From: a virus
Taxonomy: Duplodnaviria; Caudoviricetes
DNA: 32,878 bases
IMG/VR virus record: IMGVR_UViG_3300032290_000887
Span: 1-32,878 of that record
Strand: one strand, 5' to 3'
The notes under the pieces are model-generated. The model saw only the letters and a program-made list of their open reading frames with translations, had not been told where the DNA came from and did not search any database. The position numbers were made by a program, and so were the translations under genes. Of the stretch, positions 24,422-32,389 are shown one piece after another (position 1 is the stretch's first letter; each line of letters begins with the position of its first letter).

Positions 24422-24795
24422 TATGCAGCCTCCAGTAAATATTGATAGGGTAGACCCAAACAGAAGCAGAGGTAGCTCATATCAGAGCCACAGTCCTCTG
24501 CTTCAGCGATCCAACGAATAGCCGTGGTGCGGTCTTTAGCACCGATAGCAATGAGGTCGGCGATACGAGCCTCAAAGCGAACAACAGCAGCTGCCTCTTG
24601 GGCATCCCGCATCGCTGCATTTTCCTTGCAGATACGAGCCAGCACTTCAAACTCACGGTCGAAGTCCTCTAGAGACCAGCTAGAGGTGTCAATATGGCGA
24701 GGGCGGAACCCATTAGCCTCCTTGTAGAAGTCCGAAAACTCGCAGGCAGCCTGCTCAAGGGGAGACAACTCAGACCAGCTCTTAAATTCATTCAT
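24421..24795 (-). CDS. Hypothetical phage protein (SD.YK.A.G.RPR motif)
   Basis: AAGGA RBS after a promoter. Confidence 0.78.
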   Translation of the reverse strand: MNEFKSWSELSPLEQAACEFSDFYKEANGFRPRHIDTSSWSLEDFDREFEVLARICKENAAMRDAQEAAAVVRFEARIADLIAIGAKDRTTAIRWIAEAEDCGSDMSYLCFCLGLPYQYLLEAA

Positions 24796-24834
24796 TTGTA
24801 ATTCCTTAATAACTTTATCAACTCAACAGAATCC

Positions 24835-24862
24835 ATTATACACTAACCATTGCCGGTGTCAA
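24835..24862 (-). promoter_or_regulatory. Early promoter cassette; box at 24902-24919
   Basis: TTGACA-N16-TATAAT. Confidence 0.88.
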
Positions 24863-24980
24863 GCATTTTAGGCAAAACTCTAGCATTTGTTGCTTTTTTA
24901 TTGTTGTTTTTTTGCAACAGCACTAGTGCTAAAGAGGGTGAGTATCCGCCACGTCCATCCCCTTTCGTTCGACAGGTACC

Positions 24981-25008
24981 ATTATACTCGGTACCTGCCT
25001 GGAGTCAA
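24981..25008 (-). promoter_or_regulatory. Early promoter cassette; box at 25025-25042; no normal gene downstream
   Basis: TTGACT-N16-TATAAT. Confidence 0.85.
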
Positions 25009-25174
25009 GGAATATCTCAAAAAATGTTGCTAGGATACAACAGCTTCGTGCAGTTTGTCCATGACATTACTAACCTGTTCCAAGACTCGGGTTCAGAAGA
25101 GTCTTGGAACTCGACCAGAGCGCTCCAAATCAAGTCCAATTCATCTTCCGTCATGGTGATAGTGAAGGTTCTGC

Positions 25175-25399
25175 TCATAATGTCACCGGTGATTGTTTTA
25201 CAACAGGCATAACAGGGTGAGACCGAACAAAGTACAGAGTACAGTCCTCAGAGTTATCCTGTTCCATCTGCCTAGCTACCAACTCAGCATTACCACGGTC
25301 AGCAAAGGCATACCGAACCTGCTCTGCATACTCGCCCCCATCATCTAGAGGTGAATTGTCCATGGTATACCGCAGCATTACAAGGTGAATTTCATTCAT
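25175..25399 (-). CDS. Hypothetical protein
   Basis: AAGGA RBS. Confidence 0.65.
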   Translation of the reverse strand: MNEIHLVMLRYTMDNSPLDDGGEYAEQVRYAFADRGNAELVARQMEQDNSEDCTLYFVRSHPVMPVVKQSPVTL

Positions 25400-25401
25400 C
25401 T

Positions 25402-25566
25402 TTATTCCTTTTGCTCAATGCAAGCTTGAATTTTTTCAATGATACCCATATAAGCACAACTTAGGTTATAGTCCTCTTCGGAATTACCTAGGTTATCGGT
25501 ATAGGATTCAAGTGCTTCCAGAATTAAATTTAAATCCCGACCTACATAGAATTCCACTTTATCCAT
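25402..25566 (-). CDS. Hypothetical protein
   Basis: AAGGAG RBS; start MDKVEF. Confidence 0.65.
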   Translation of the reverse strand: MDKVEFYVGRDLNLILEALESYTDNLGNSEEDYNLSCAYMGIIEKIQACIEQKE

Positions 25567-25581
25567 TTCAACTCCTTTGGT

Positions 25582-25674
25582 TACCATATTGAAACACACT
25601 ACCCCGACACATTCTCTCCGGAATAGGCTTACCACGCCGTGGACTCACTATCTGAAGTGTGTTTCAATATGGTA
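25582..25674. repeat. ATATTGAA long-stem hairpin, copy 3
   Basis: 19-bp perfect stem TACCATATTGAAACACACT/AGTGTGTTTCAATATGGTA. Confidence 0.8.
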
Positions 25675-25790
25675 TCTCTACCATACCACCACAACCGGTT
25701 GTGGTTTACGACTATCTGATGCTCCAGGGCTCATACTGGTGCTTCTAGCCGTAAGTGAGCAATCTAAACCATTTTAACTCCTTTGTTTAC

Positions 25791-25869
25791 CATATTGAAG
25801 TACACTATCCAGAGAGCTTGACTCGCCCCTCCAACTATTTACGAGAATGGCCTAGTGTACTTCAATATG
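25791..25869. repeat. ATATTGAA long-stem hairpin, copy 4
   Basis: 17-bp perfect stem CATATTGAAGTACACTA/TAGTGTACTTCAATATG. Confidence 0.8.
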
Positions 25870-25908
25870 AGGTCTGGTATACAACCGCCAGACCTTGCGG
25901 TCAACAAC

Positions 25909-26208
25909 TTACGCAGCGAGCAAGTCAGGCATAACCATCTTAGTCACAACGACCTTAGAAGGCTTCTTAACTGCTTTGCGAACAGCTTTGAGCCCGACAG
26001 GTTTAGCCATCAACTTATCGAGGCGTGCCTGCGCCTTAGCGATAGCGTTAGCACGCTTCACAGTAGCGAGGTCAGCCTTGACCTGTTTAGTGAGGGACTT
26101 CTCAGCACGAGCCTGAGCGGCGAGGTACTTTACACGAGCCTTCATCTCAACAAGAGCGGCACGAGCGGCGACCAATTCGGTCTGGGAGGGGGTGAGGACT
26201 TTTGACAT
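25909..26208 (-). CDS. Very basic Lys/Ala-rich helical protein
   Basis: AAGGA RBS; start MSKVLTP. Confidence 0.75.
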   Translation of the reverse strand: MSKVLTPSQTELVAARAALVEMKARVKYLAAQARAEKSLTKQVKADLATVKRANAIAKAQARLDKLMAKPVGLKAVRKAVKKPSKVVVTKMVMPDLLAA

Positions 26209-26254
26209 TTTTACTTCCTTAAAAAAGAGAATCAATTAACTTACTACAGGAACC

Positions 26255-26282
26255 ATTATACACGAACCACTACCGAAGTCAA
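26255..26282 (-). promoter_or_regulatory. Early promoter cassette; box at 26297-26314
   Basis: TTGACT-N16-TATAAT. Confidence 0.88.
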
Positions 26283-26289
26283 GCACTAA

Positions 26290-26493
26290 TTAGCTTTGTT
26301 GTATTTCTGCAACATTGAACGGTACTGGAAACTTCACAGCATGACGAGCAACCACCTGCTCATCGGTCATGCAAGCAACATTCAGGGAGTGGTCGCCAGT
26401 AGCGCCACTTATCAAATCATACACCATCTTACGGCGCATTTCAGCACTCAGAGGAGCTGTCCTCTCAGTCACCAAGAAATCATCTAAACTCAT
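26290..26493 (-). CDS. Hypothetical protein
   Basis: GAAAGGA RBS after a promoter. Confidence 0.7.
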   Translation of the reverse strand: MSLDDFLVTERTAPLSAEMRRKMVYDLISGATGDHSLNVACMTDEQVVARHAVKFPVPFNVAEIQQS

Positions 26494-26523
26494 TTTTACT
26501 TCCTTTCTTATTCAACAGGATCC

Positions 26524-26551
26524 ATTATACACGAATGGGCAACGGTGTCAA
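26524..26551 (-). promoter_or_regulatory. Early promoter cassette; box at 26567-26584
   Basis: TTGACA-N16-TATAAT. Confidence 0.88.
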
Positions 26552-26573
26552 GCTTTTTCCGTAATCTGTTGCT

Positions 26574-26837
26574 TTAATACAACATATTGGCACGGATGGT
26601 ATCACGAGCCATCCGCATAGTTTTGGCATGAATTGCCTGTACCCTTTGAGTGCATATACCATGCTCTTTTGCCAACTCAACAAAGGTCATGCCGTGAACC
26701 TCACGACCAACTATGATATCAAGCGCACGAGCAGCGAGCTCTTTAGTGAATTGGTGGTCATGCGGCCCACGATGGTAGACTATACGTTGATATACCAATC
26801 CAAGAGCTTTCTTTTGGTCTATGATATCATCAAGCAT
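26574..26837 (-). CDS. sigma70 region-4-like HTH protein
   Basis: GMTFVELAKEHGICTQRVQAIHAKTMR matches the T..E.A...G....RV..I..KA.R pattern. Confidence 0.65.
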   Translation of the reverse strand: MLDDIIDQKKALGLVYQRIVYHRGPHDHQFTKELAARALDIIVGREVHGMTFVELAKEHGICTQRVQAIHAKTMRMARDTIRANMLY

Positions 26838-26838
26838 A

Positions 26839-27153
26839 CTACACCCCCACCCAGCGGACAGAACCGAAATTAAACTTGGGATCTAGAATGTTACCACGAG
26901 CGAAGTTGGTGGCAGGTGCCTTGTAGGACTTAGCCATCAAGATATCACCAACCTTAAACTTAGGTGTAGGTTTAGCCACGATGAATGAGTGGACAGAACC
27001 TTTGATGACCACTTTAAGGTACTTACTGCCAGCCATCACGACCACACCCTCATTGAACCGCTTCACCATCTCTTGGCGTACGGTAGTCATCTCGCTGAAG
27101 TCAGCATAACTCGCCTTAATGGCCTCTAGGTACTTCTGAATCTGTTCTTTCAT
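26839..27153 (-). CDS. Hypothetical phage protein
   Basis: GSKYLKV..SVHSFI..GDIL.A.S.KAPA....RGNI pattern. Confidence 0.78.
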   Translation of the reverse strand: MKEQIQKYLEAIKASYADFSEMTTVRQEMVKRFNEGVVVMAGSKYLKVVIKGSVHSFIVAKPTPKFKVGDILMAKSYKAPATNFARGNILDPKFNFGSVRWVGV

Positions 27154-27165
27154 GTTAATGCCTCT

Positions 27166-27372
27166 CTAGTCTTTATTGAAGGGTGCATAACCCTTAGGGA
27201 ACCGCAACCCTGTATTTGGGTCACACAGCTCACTCAGGTCTAACTGAGCGTAGCAGTCTTGCAAGGTCTGACAGCATTGCAGTAACTCAATATCAGTCAG
27301 CAGACCAGTACTGTACTGGCTAACAATCTCGAGCAGCTCTTTGTGCAGCTCATCGTTGTGAAATCGACTCAT
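27166..27372 (-). CDS. Hypothetical protein
   Basis: GGAG RBS; start MSRFHN. Confidence 0.7.
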   Translation of the reverse strand: MSRFHNDELHKELLEIVSQYSTGLLTDIELLQCCQTLQDCYAQLDLSELCDPNTGLRFPKGYAPFNKD

Positions 27373-27402
27373 TAAAACTCCATAAACATCTAATGAACCT
27401 CC

Positions 27403-27430
27403 ATTATACATGGTTTGAGGCAGGAGTCAA
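27403..27430 (-). promoter_or_regulatory. Early promoter cassette; box at 27457-27474
   Basis: TTGACT-N16-TATAAT. Confidence 0.88.
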
Positions 27431-27541
27431 GCGCTGGCGCTAAGGTAATGGTGGGTTGTTGCTCCACAGCAACAGTTGACATAACGTCCGTTATACGTCT
27501 CCAAGGCTGTTGCGTGGAGGCAACACCGGCAATGGTGGCTC

Positions 27542-27569
27542 TTGACTTTGGGACTGGTTGGCGTATAAT
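27542..27569 (+). promoter_or_regulatory. Divergent + strand promoter cassette; box at 27508-27525
   Basis: TTGACT-N16-TATAAT. Confidence 0.85.
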
Positions 27570-27617
27570 GGTTGGTGTCGAAGGTAACGGGGTGGACATG
27601 GCGGCTGCTCGTTAATA

Positions 27618-27893
27618 TCAGAGTCTATAACCATCGTCATCATCGTCCAAATTCGGTATATCCACCCAATAATCGTCCGCCTTTAGAGATATTAAACTGG
27701 TATGCACGGTCGCCTGCCTCGCAATCGCCTCAGGAGTCAGATTATAATCCGTTGCGACCTCTCGCATGGCCTCTCGCATTCTCTCTGTGGGTTCTCGGTC
27801 GGTACTCGCACAGGATTGTGAGCAATATGGCCCACGTTTCCGGTGTTTTTTCTCGCAAAATTTGCAGTTCTTTTCTTTATAGATTCCAGGCAT
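27618..27893 (-). CDS. Small zinc-finger protein
   Basis: CKFC...YCSQSC. Confidence 0.7.
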   Translation of the reverse strand: MPGIYKEKNCKFCEKKHRKRGPYCSQSCASTDREPTERMREAMREVATDYNLTPEAIARQATVHTSLISLKADDYWVDIPNLDDDDDGYRL

Positions 27894-27990
27894 TTTATGT
27901 CAGGTCGGTTACTACCTAATCCGCAGTATAATATTCTGTGGATTCTATGGTTTGCGGCATATTATACTGTATCACTAGATTCCTAATCTC

Positions 27991-28341
27991 TTATATACTC
28001 TTATTTGTTCTTGCAATTTTGGTTTTCTTTCGCTCAAGATATGTTAGTTCCATATGACAATTAGCACAAAGTATTCTACACTTGCGCCATTCTTCTATCA
28101 TTGTTCTTAATAGAATTTTTGGATTAGTAAGTTGCCACATTCCGCCAGTTTTCATTGTTTCGTGATGGCCATTTTTTGTTATAGGATTTTTAGTAGTAGG
28201 ATCAATGTGGTCGAAACACAATGCCCTAGGATGTTTGTTATATCCACATATTGCACATCCGTTCTTAACTTTCCAATAATCTGACCAATGTTGCCTTCTT
28301 GACCTGAGCCATTTTTGAGTTTTTTTAACTATGGTTTTCAT
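27991..28341 (-). CDS. HNH-like zinc-binding endonuclease
   Basis: CAICG...LCFDHIDP...KCRILCANCH. Confidence 0.8.
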   Translation of the reverse strand: MKTIVKKTQKWLRSRRQHWSDYWKVKNGCAICGYNKHPRALCFDHIDPTTKNPITKNGHHETMKTGGMWQLTNPKILLRTMIEEWRKCRILCANCHMELTYLERKKTKIARTNKSI

Positions 28342-28462
28342 TTATTAATCTCTTTCAATACTTGTTTGTTTATATACTCGGCTATCTCTACTGAGGTATT
28401 CTCTATTAGCTTCTCTGTATTAACTGGCGGACAGGTATGGATTTTATGGCATCGTGGGCATA

Positions 28463-28783
28463 TCATTTAAATTCTTCAATCATTTCTGCATACGCTTTCT
28501 TAATGATATCGGCATAGGCCTTCTCTACCTCATGCTTACCATACTTTTGTTCTGATAATATTCTAATAAGTAAATCTTGCTCTCTTACTCTGGCTTCTAA
28601 TTCTTTCAGTCGGTTCTGAGCGGCCTCAGCCTTTTTATATGATTCATATGAGGTCTTAATATATGGGTATAATGAGAGCATTCTATTACACAAGGTATTC
28701 CGTTCTTTGAAATGGTCACGTTGCTTCTGTAGCTTTAATATCTTTTTCTTCAGGCGGCCTATGGTTACGGATTCTTCTGTCAT
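28463..28783 (-). CDS. Hypothetical coiled-coil protein
   Basis: GGAG RBS; ATGA overlap. Confidence 0.65.
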   Translation of the reverse strand: MTEESVTIGRLKKKILKLQKQRDHFKERNTLCNRMLSLYPYIKTSYESYKKAEAAQNRLKELEARVREQDLLIRILSEQKYGKHEVEKAYADIIKKAYAEMIEEFK

Positions 28784-29001
28784 TTTATCTCCGTATGCGT
28801 GGTCTCACCATACCTAGTACTGGAAACCCACTGGCGATTACATACTGCACATGATACATTGGTCGTGGTTACATTACCATCGGGATTCAGGTTGTTACCG
28901 TTCTTATCGTACTGCGGTTCAAAATACATGGCAGTGGTCGTGGCTATACCGCCTCTGAATATACATTCTTTTTCACATCCTGGATTTGGATTATCAAACA
29001 T
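28780..29001 (-). CDS. Hypothetical protein (YDKNG.NLNPDGN motif)
   Basis: Cys-containing small phage ORF. Confidence 0.7.
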   Translation of the reverse strand: MFDNPNPGCEKECIFRGGIATTTAMYFEPQYDKNGNNLNPDGNVTTTNVSCAVCNRQWVSSTRYGETTHTEIK

Positions 29002-29262
29002 TCTCTACTATCTCCACGGGTGGTAATTGTTCTCTCTGACTCTTTATATTGTCCATTATACTCTTTATCTCACCCGTAATTGGGTTATCATGTGGCATAT
29101 AGCAATATATTCTATTCAATAGTCTTAATAGGTTGTTCGGATCCATCATCTAATTCCTCATACCAAATACACTCATCGGTGTGTATTAATCCTTTACCAA
29201 AAATATAATCTGGTGCACCACAACAGGCACAATATCCGCTTATAGCATTTGGATCATTATTA

Positions 29263-29526
29263 TCAGTCGTTTCCACATATATCCTTTGAAGTCTTTGTTC
29301 TATTACCCCTTGCTCTGATTTCTTTCACGCAATAACCTGCACCATCCGAACCAGTAACATTGTCACCCATTATTCTGTCAGCTATGTCATCACACAACGC
29401 AGCACACGCCTCACGCTCGTCTTGGCGCACAAGCTCGGCAAAGCGTTCAAGTTCTGAATCTTCCCAAATTAAATTCGGGTTTGATTGCTTGGCTTGTCGT
29501 ACTAACTCTTTTAATCGTTCGTTCAT
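29263..29526 (-). CDS. Hypothetical protein (LERFAELVR..EREACA motif)
   Basis: Recurrent small phage-protein pattern. Confidence 0.7.
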   Translation of the reverse strand: MNERLKELVRQAKQSNPNLIWEDSELERFAELVRQDEREACAALCDDIADRIMGDNVTGSDGAGYCVKEIRARGNRTKTSKDICGND

Positions 29527-29732
29527 TTCTTATCTCTCAATTTACCAATAAACCCTAGATTCTTACCGCATTGACGGCATATTGCATCACATTTTTGTGT
29601 CTCATTATACCCACCGTCATGCTTACACCTTGATTCTTTGTACCATTGTACGACACTAACGACTATAATTGCGGTAATAGTTAACACTATCACCACCAAG
29701 GTCAATATATCACCAATTGTATAGATAAACAT
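29523..29732 (-). CDS. Membrane-anchored small Cys protein
   Basis: N-terminal TM followed by CKH...CRQCG. Confidence 0.65.
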   Translation of the reverse strand: MFIYTIGDILTLVVIVLTITAIIVVSVVQWYKESRCKHDGGYNETQKCDAICRQCGKNLGFIGKLRDKK

Positions 29733-29758
29733 TTAATAGAATCCATTTTGAATTAAAC

Positions 29759-30022
29759 TCATAATAAATCTCCAACGATGTTACTATATTTTTTAAGTTT
29801 CTCTAGTTTACGGGACATGGCCAGTTCTATGCCTGTCTCAGATATAAACCCCTGTTCTTCCAATAATACCACAAGACATAGAAAATCACCAATCTCCTGT
29901 TCAAGGTTTAATCGGTTATTGCCATTATCACCAAACCTACGGTATTTGGATACTGCCTGAATTACCTCGGCTGCCTCTTCTTGAAGTATGCCAAGGGTCT
30001 CCATTAATTTACTATTGCTCAT
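29759..30022 (-). CDS. MazG-like nucleotide pyrophosphohydrolase
   Basis: QEEAAEVIQAVSK...LEQEIGDF acidic metal-binding motif. Confidence 0.8.
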   Translation of the reverse strand: MSNSKLMETLGILQEEAAEVIQAVSKYRRFGDNGNNRLNLEQEIGDFLCLVVLLEEQGFISETGIELAMSRKLEKLKKYSNIVGDLL

Positions 30023-30176
30023 TTAATGTTACACACAGCCCTAATCTCTGATGCATCAAAACCTGCCATCATACCGGCAACGGTGCATTTATATTGAGCG
30101 TGAGTGTGATATGCCGCAACACCAATCATCATAGCAATAAATAATAGGCCTGTGATACAGGCTAAAATTCCTTCTT

Positions 30177-30479
30177 TCATTTTACTTCTCCATTGTTAAT
30201 ATCATAAATCTGCCATGCACCAGCATTTTTGAGCATTATACTAGTCGGTTGAACACCCAATCCTTTATTTCTGTGTTTGATTATCTGTATCAATGAATTG
30301 ATTTGGTTGAGGTCAGGTCTGTCCTTGTATGTACCAAGGTAAAACCCTTCAATGGTTTCCAACCCACGCAATTGAATAACATCACTCACGAACACATATT
30401 CGTTCTTATTGTATCCCATCTTGTGTATGTGTTGGTTATATTCTCGCACATTACCTGCAACAACGAATTTCATTAACAA
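30177..30479 (-). CDS. Hypothetical protein
   Basis: Operon-packed ORF. Confidence 0.65.
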   Translation of the reverse strand: MLMKFVVAGNVREYNQHIHKMGYNKNEYVFVSDVIQLRGLETIEGFYLGTYKDRPDLNQINSLIQIIKHRNKGLGVQPTSIMLKNAGAWQIYDINNGEVK

Positions 30480-30751
30480 CCACCTCCGCCGCCTTTTTTA
30501 ACCACCTTGATATCGCCGCCATAACTGCCGCCAACTGTTGTATATGGCGTTGGATATGGTGTTGGTTTTCCCCATGACCACATATCAGGTATACTCGGCG
30601 TGACTGGTGATTGTGGGTAGGTTGATGTAACCTTAACGAAACAGGTTTGCAAATGGTCTTTAATCATACGCCATTGCCATTCATTAGGCATATTGCCACC
30701 GTTCATCTCCACGAACCCTTGTAGCCAGTATGTAAATTGGTCGTGGTTCAT
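30473..30751 (-). CDS. Hypothetical protein (F.YWLQGF.E motif)
   Basis: Recurrent phage pattern; ATGA overlap. Confidence 0.7.
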   Translation of the reverse strand: MNHDQFTYWLQGFVEMNGGNMPNEWQWRMIKDHLQTCFVKVTSTYPQSPVTPSIPDMWSWGKPTPYPTPYTTVGGSYGGDIKVVKKGGGGGC

Positions 30752-31017
30752 TCTTCATCCTTTATACATTTCATATATTCACGTTGTTCAAATTTCTGTT
30801 CTTGCATAGTCTTTTCACCCCAGGCCTTACGAGGATTCATGCAAGCGATACAATTTTTATTACCACAACCAAACATAGACCTCTTGGCATACTTGTGGGG
30901 ATTGTCTACCACATTATCAAAACCAAATGTCTTGGCTATCTTAACCTTTCTTACAATCTTTTTAGTCTTTTGTTGTATACGCTCTGAATGTTTGAGTTTA
31001 TCATCTTCTGTACTCAT
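30748..31017 (-). CDS. Basic Cys-containing hypothetical protein
   Basis: CGNKNCIACMNPRK...TMQE. Confidence 0.7.
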   Translation of the reverse strand: MSTEDDKLKHSERIQQKTKKIVRKVKIAKTFGFDNVVDNPHKYAKRSMFGCGNKNCIACMNPRKAWGEKTMQEQKFEQREYMKCIKDEE

Positions 31018-31262
31018 ATGTCATTAATCCTTCTCTCAAAACGCTTAGGTTGCCATGTAATTGTGCCGTCAGGCATCATTCTCAATTCAAACCTCATACG
31101 ACCTGTCACAGCATCAACCTGCCCTTGTTTATAGGCAGGCATATCTTCTTCATATACGATTGATATAATACCCATTATGCAACAACCCATAATAATACCA
31201 ATAGCTAAAACTATCAGTATGGTAATCCTATCAGTCATACCATATGATGCCTGCGATGGCAA
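31014..31262 (-). CDS. Small membrane protein
   Basis: One TM helix; start probably MTDRI. Confidence 0.6.
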   Translation of the reverse strand: MPSQASYGMTDRITILIVLAIGIIMGCCIMGIISIVYEEDMPAYKQGQVDAVTGRMRFELRMMPDGTITWQPKRFERRINDI

Positions 31263-31593
31263 TATATGTTAAACTATGCAATAATTGGTCAAGACCTAAT
31301 AACCACCAAAATTGTTCATGTGTCGTAGGTGCCCAACCCATTTTCTTATTGATGTTCATCTTAGCCCAATCTATATGGTAATGTATTACACAATCTAATG
31401 AGGCAATAATAACGGCAAACAATGGATCAACAAAGAAAACAAGGCACAATAATGTACCGATGCCATGTAGCCCTGCATGGAGTACGCCACCCATGTGTCC
31501 ATATGTGCCCTTGTTCGACCATTGATATTTGTTCTGTAAAGGGAAATCAATAATGAAATGCTTAAGGAATAATAAGGTCAGTATCAATATCAT
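31231..31593 (-). CDS. DUF3307-family membrane protein
   Basis: KHFIIDFPLQ, HAGLH, HYHIDWAK, GLDQLLH. Confidence 0.85.
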   Translation of the reverse strand: MILILTLLFLKHFIIDFPLQNKYQWSNKGTYGHMGGVLHAGLHGIGTLLCLVFFVDPLFAVIIASLDCVIHYHIDWAKMNINKKMGWAPTTHEQFWWLLGLDQLLHSLTYIAIAGIIWYD

Positions 31594-31775
31594 TTCTTAA
31601 TCAACCCCTCAATCATTCTCTGTGTTTTACTCACCAATTGGTCAGCGTGTAATTGATAGGCCAATATCTCATTCAAATCTGCTGTGTCCATTTCACCATC
31701 ATAATCATCACCAAACCATTTTTGAATCTTGTATAGACCGTCTTTCTCTTGTGTAATTTTGTATCTTGTTGTCAT
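31590..31775 (-). CDS. Hypothetical protein
   Basis: ATGA overlaps at both ends. Confidence 0.6.
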   Translation of the reverse strand: MTTRYKITQEKDGLYKIQKWFGDDYDGEMDTADLNEILAYQLHADQLVSKTQRMIEGLIKK

Positions 31776-32389
31776 AATTTTAGCTCAGTAAGTTCACCTG
31801 TGTTACCAATATCACCACGAATAAAAGTATTAAATGCAAGGCTAGTTCTAAGGTTCTTACCTTCTTTCTGTTCAACCATGTGCTGCAACTCAGACGGAAA
31901 CATAACAAGGGCACCAGTGCCGACAGGGAACCACCATGATTCTGAATTGTATAGATTCCATGTGGCTATATCAGGTTTGATTCTCTTGTATGCATCGGAA
32001 CTATAAAACATAATCTTGTCCTTGTCCTTATTAGAATCAAGGTACAATACACCAGAGACCAGACTATTTGGGTGTGCATGGCGATGGTGATATTCACCAG
32101 GCTTTGTATAGTTAATCCATGATTGTGTGATGTATGGTTTAACCTTATCTTTCACACACATAATATTAGTATAGTATTCAGTAACATATTCATCCAATAC
32201 CTTTTTGATATCAGCCATCACAGGTTGATTCAAAATGTAAGTATCGGATGTGTTAACATTACCATTATTCTTTACAGTCTTGGACTGTTGTTGTTTAAAG
32301 AATGCCAATTCTTCTTTAGTGTATGCTCGACCCATTTCACCAAACATAACAGGTGTTGGGAATAGACCATGTATGATGGGTGTAATCAT
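31772..32389 (-). CDS. Putative 2OG-Fe(II) oxygenase (TIGR02466-like)
   Basis: LFPTPV, SWIN, HAHPNSLVSGVLY, FPSELQHMV, RTSLAFN. Confidence 0.88.
   Translation of the reverse strand: MITPIIHGLFPTPVMFGEMGRAYTKEELAFFKQQQSKTVKNNGNVNTSDTYILNQPVMADIKKVLDEYVTEYYTNIMCVKDKVKPYITQSWINYTKPGEYHHRHAHPNSLVSGVLYLDSNKDKDKIMFYSSDAYKRIKPDIATWNLYNSESWWFPVGTGALVMFPSELQHMVEQKEGKNLRTSLAFNTFIRGDIGNTGELTELKL

Noticed and set aside
25077-25110. 12-bp perfect inverted repeat GTTCCAAGACTC/GAGTCTTGGAAC inside a small ORF starting at 25178
   Set aside because: Single occurrence with no U tract; a nearby frameshift is possible but cannot be supported from sequence alone.
10504-25869. CRISPR array interpretation of the hairpin repeats
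   Set aside because: Copies are dispersed inverted repeats enclosing variable loops, not tandem direct repeats with regular spacers; no cas genes in the window.
391-32365. Numerous + strand ORFs in the track (e.g. 4449..4826, 10013..10384, 13040..13744, 24850..25212)
   Set aside because: They are antisense shadows of well-supported minus-strand genes or tRNAs, without RBS or motifs.
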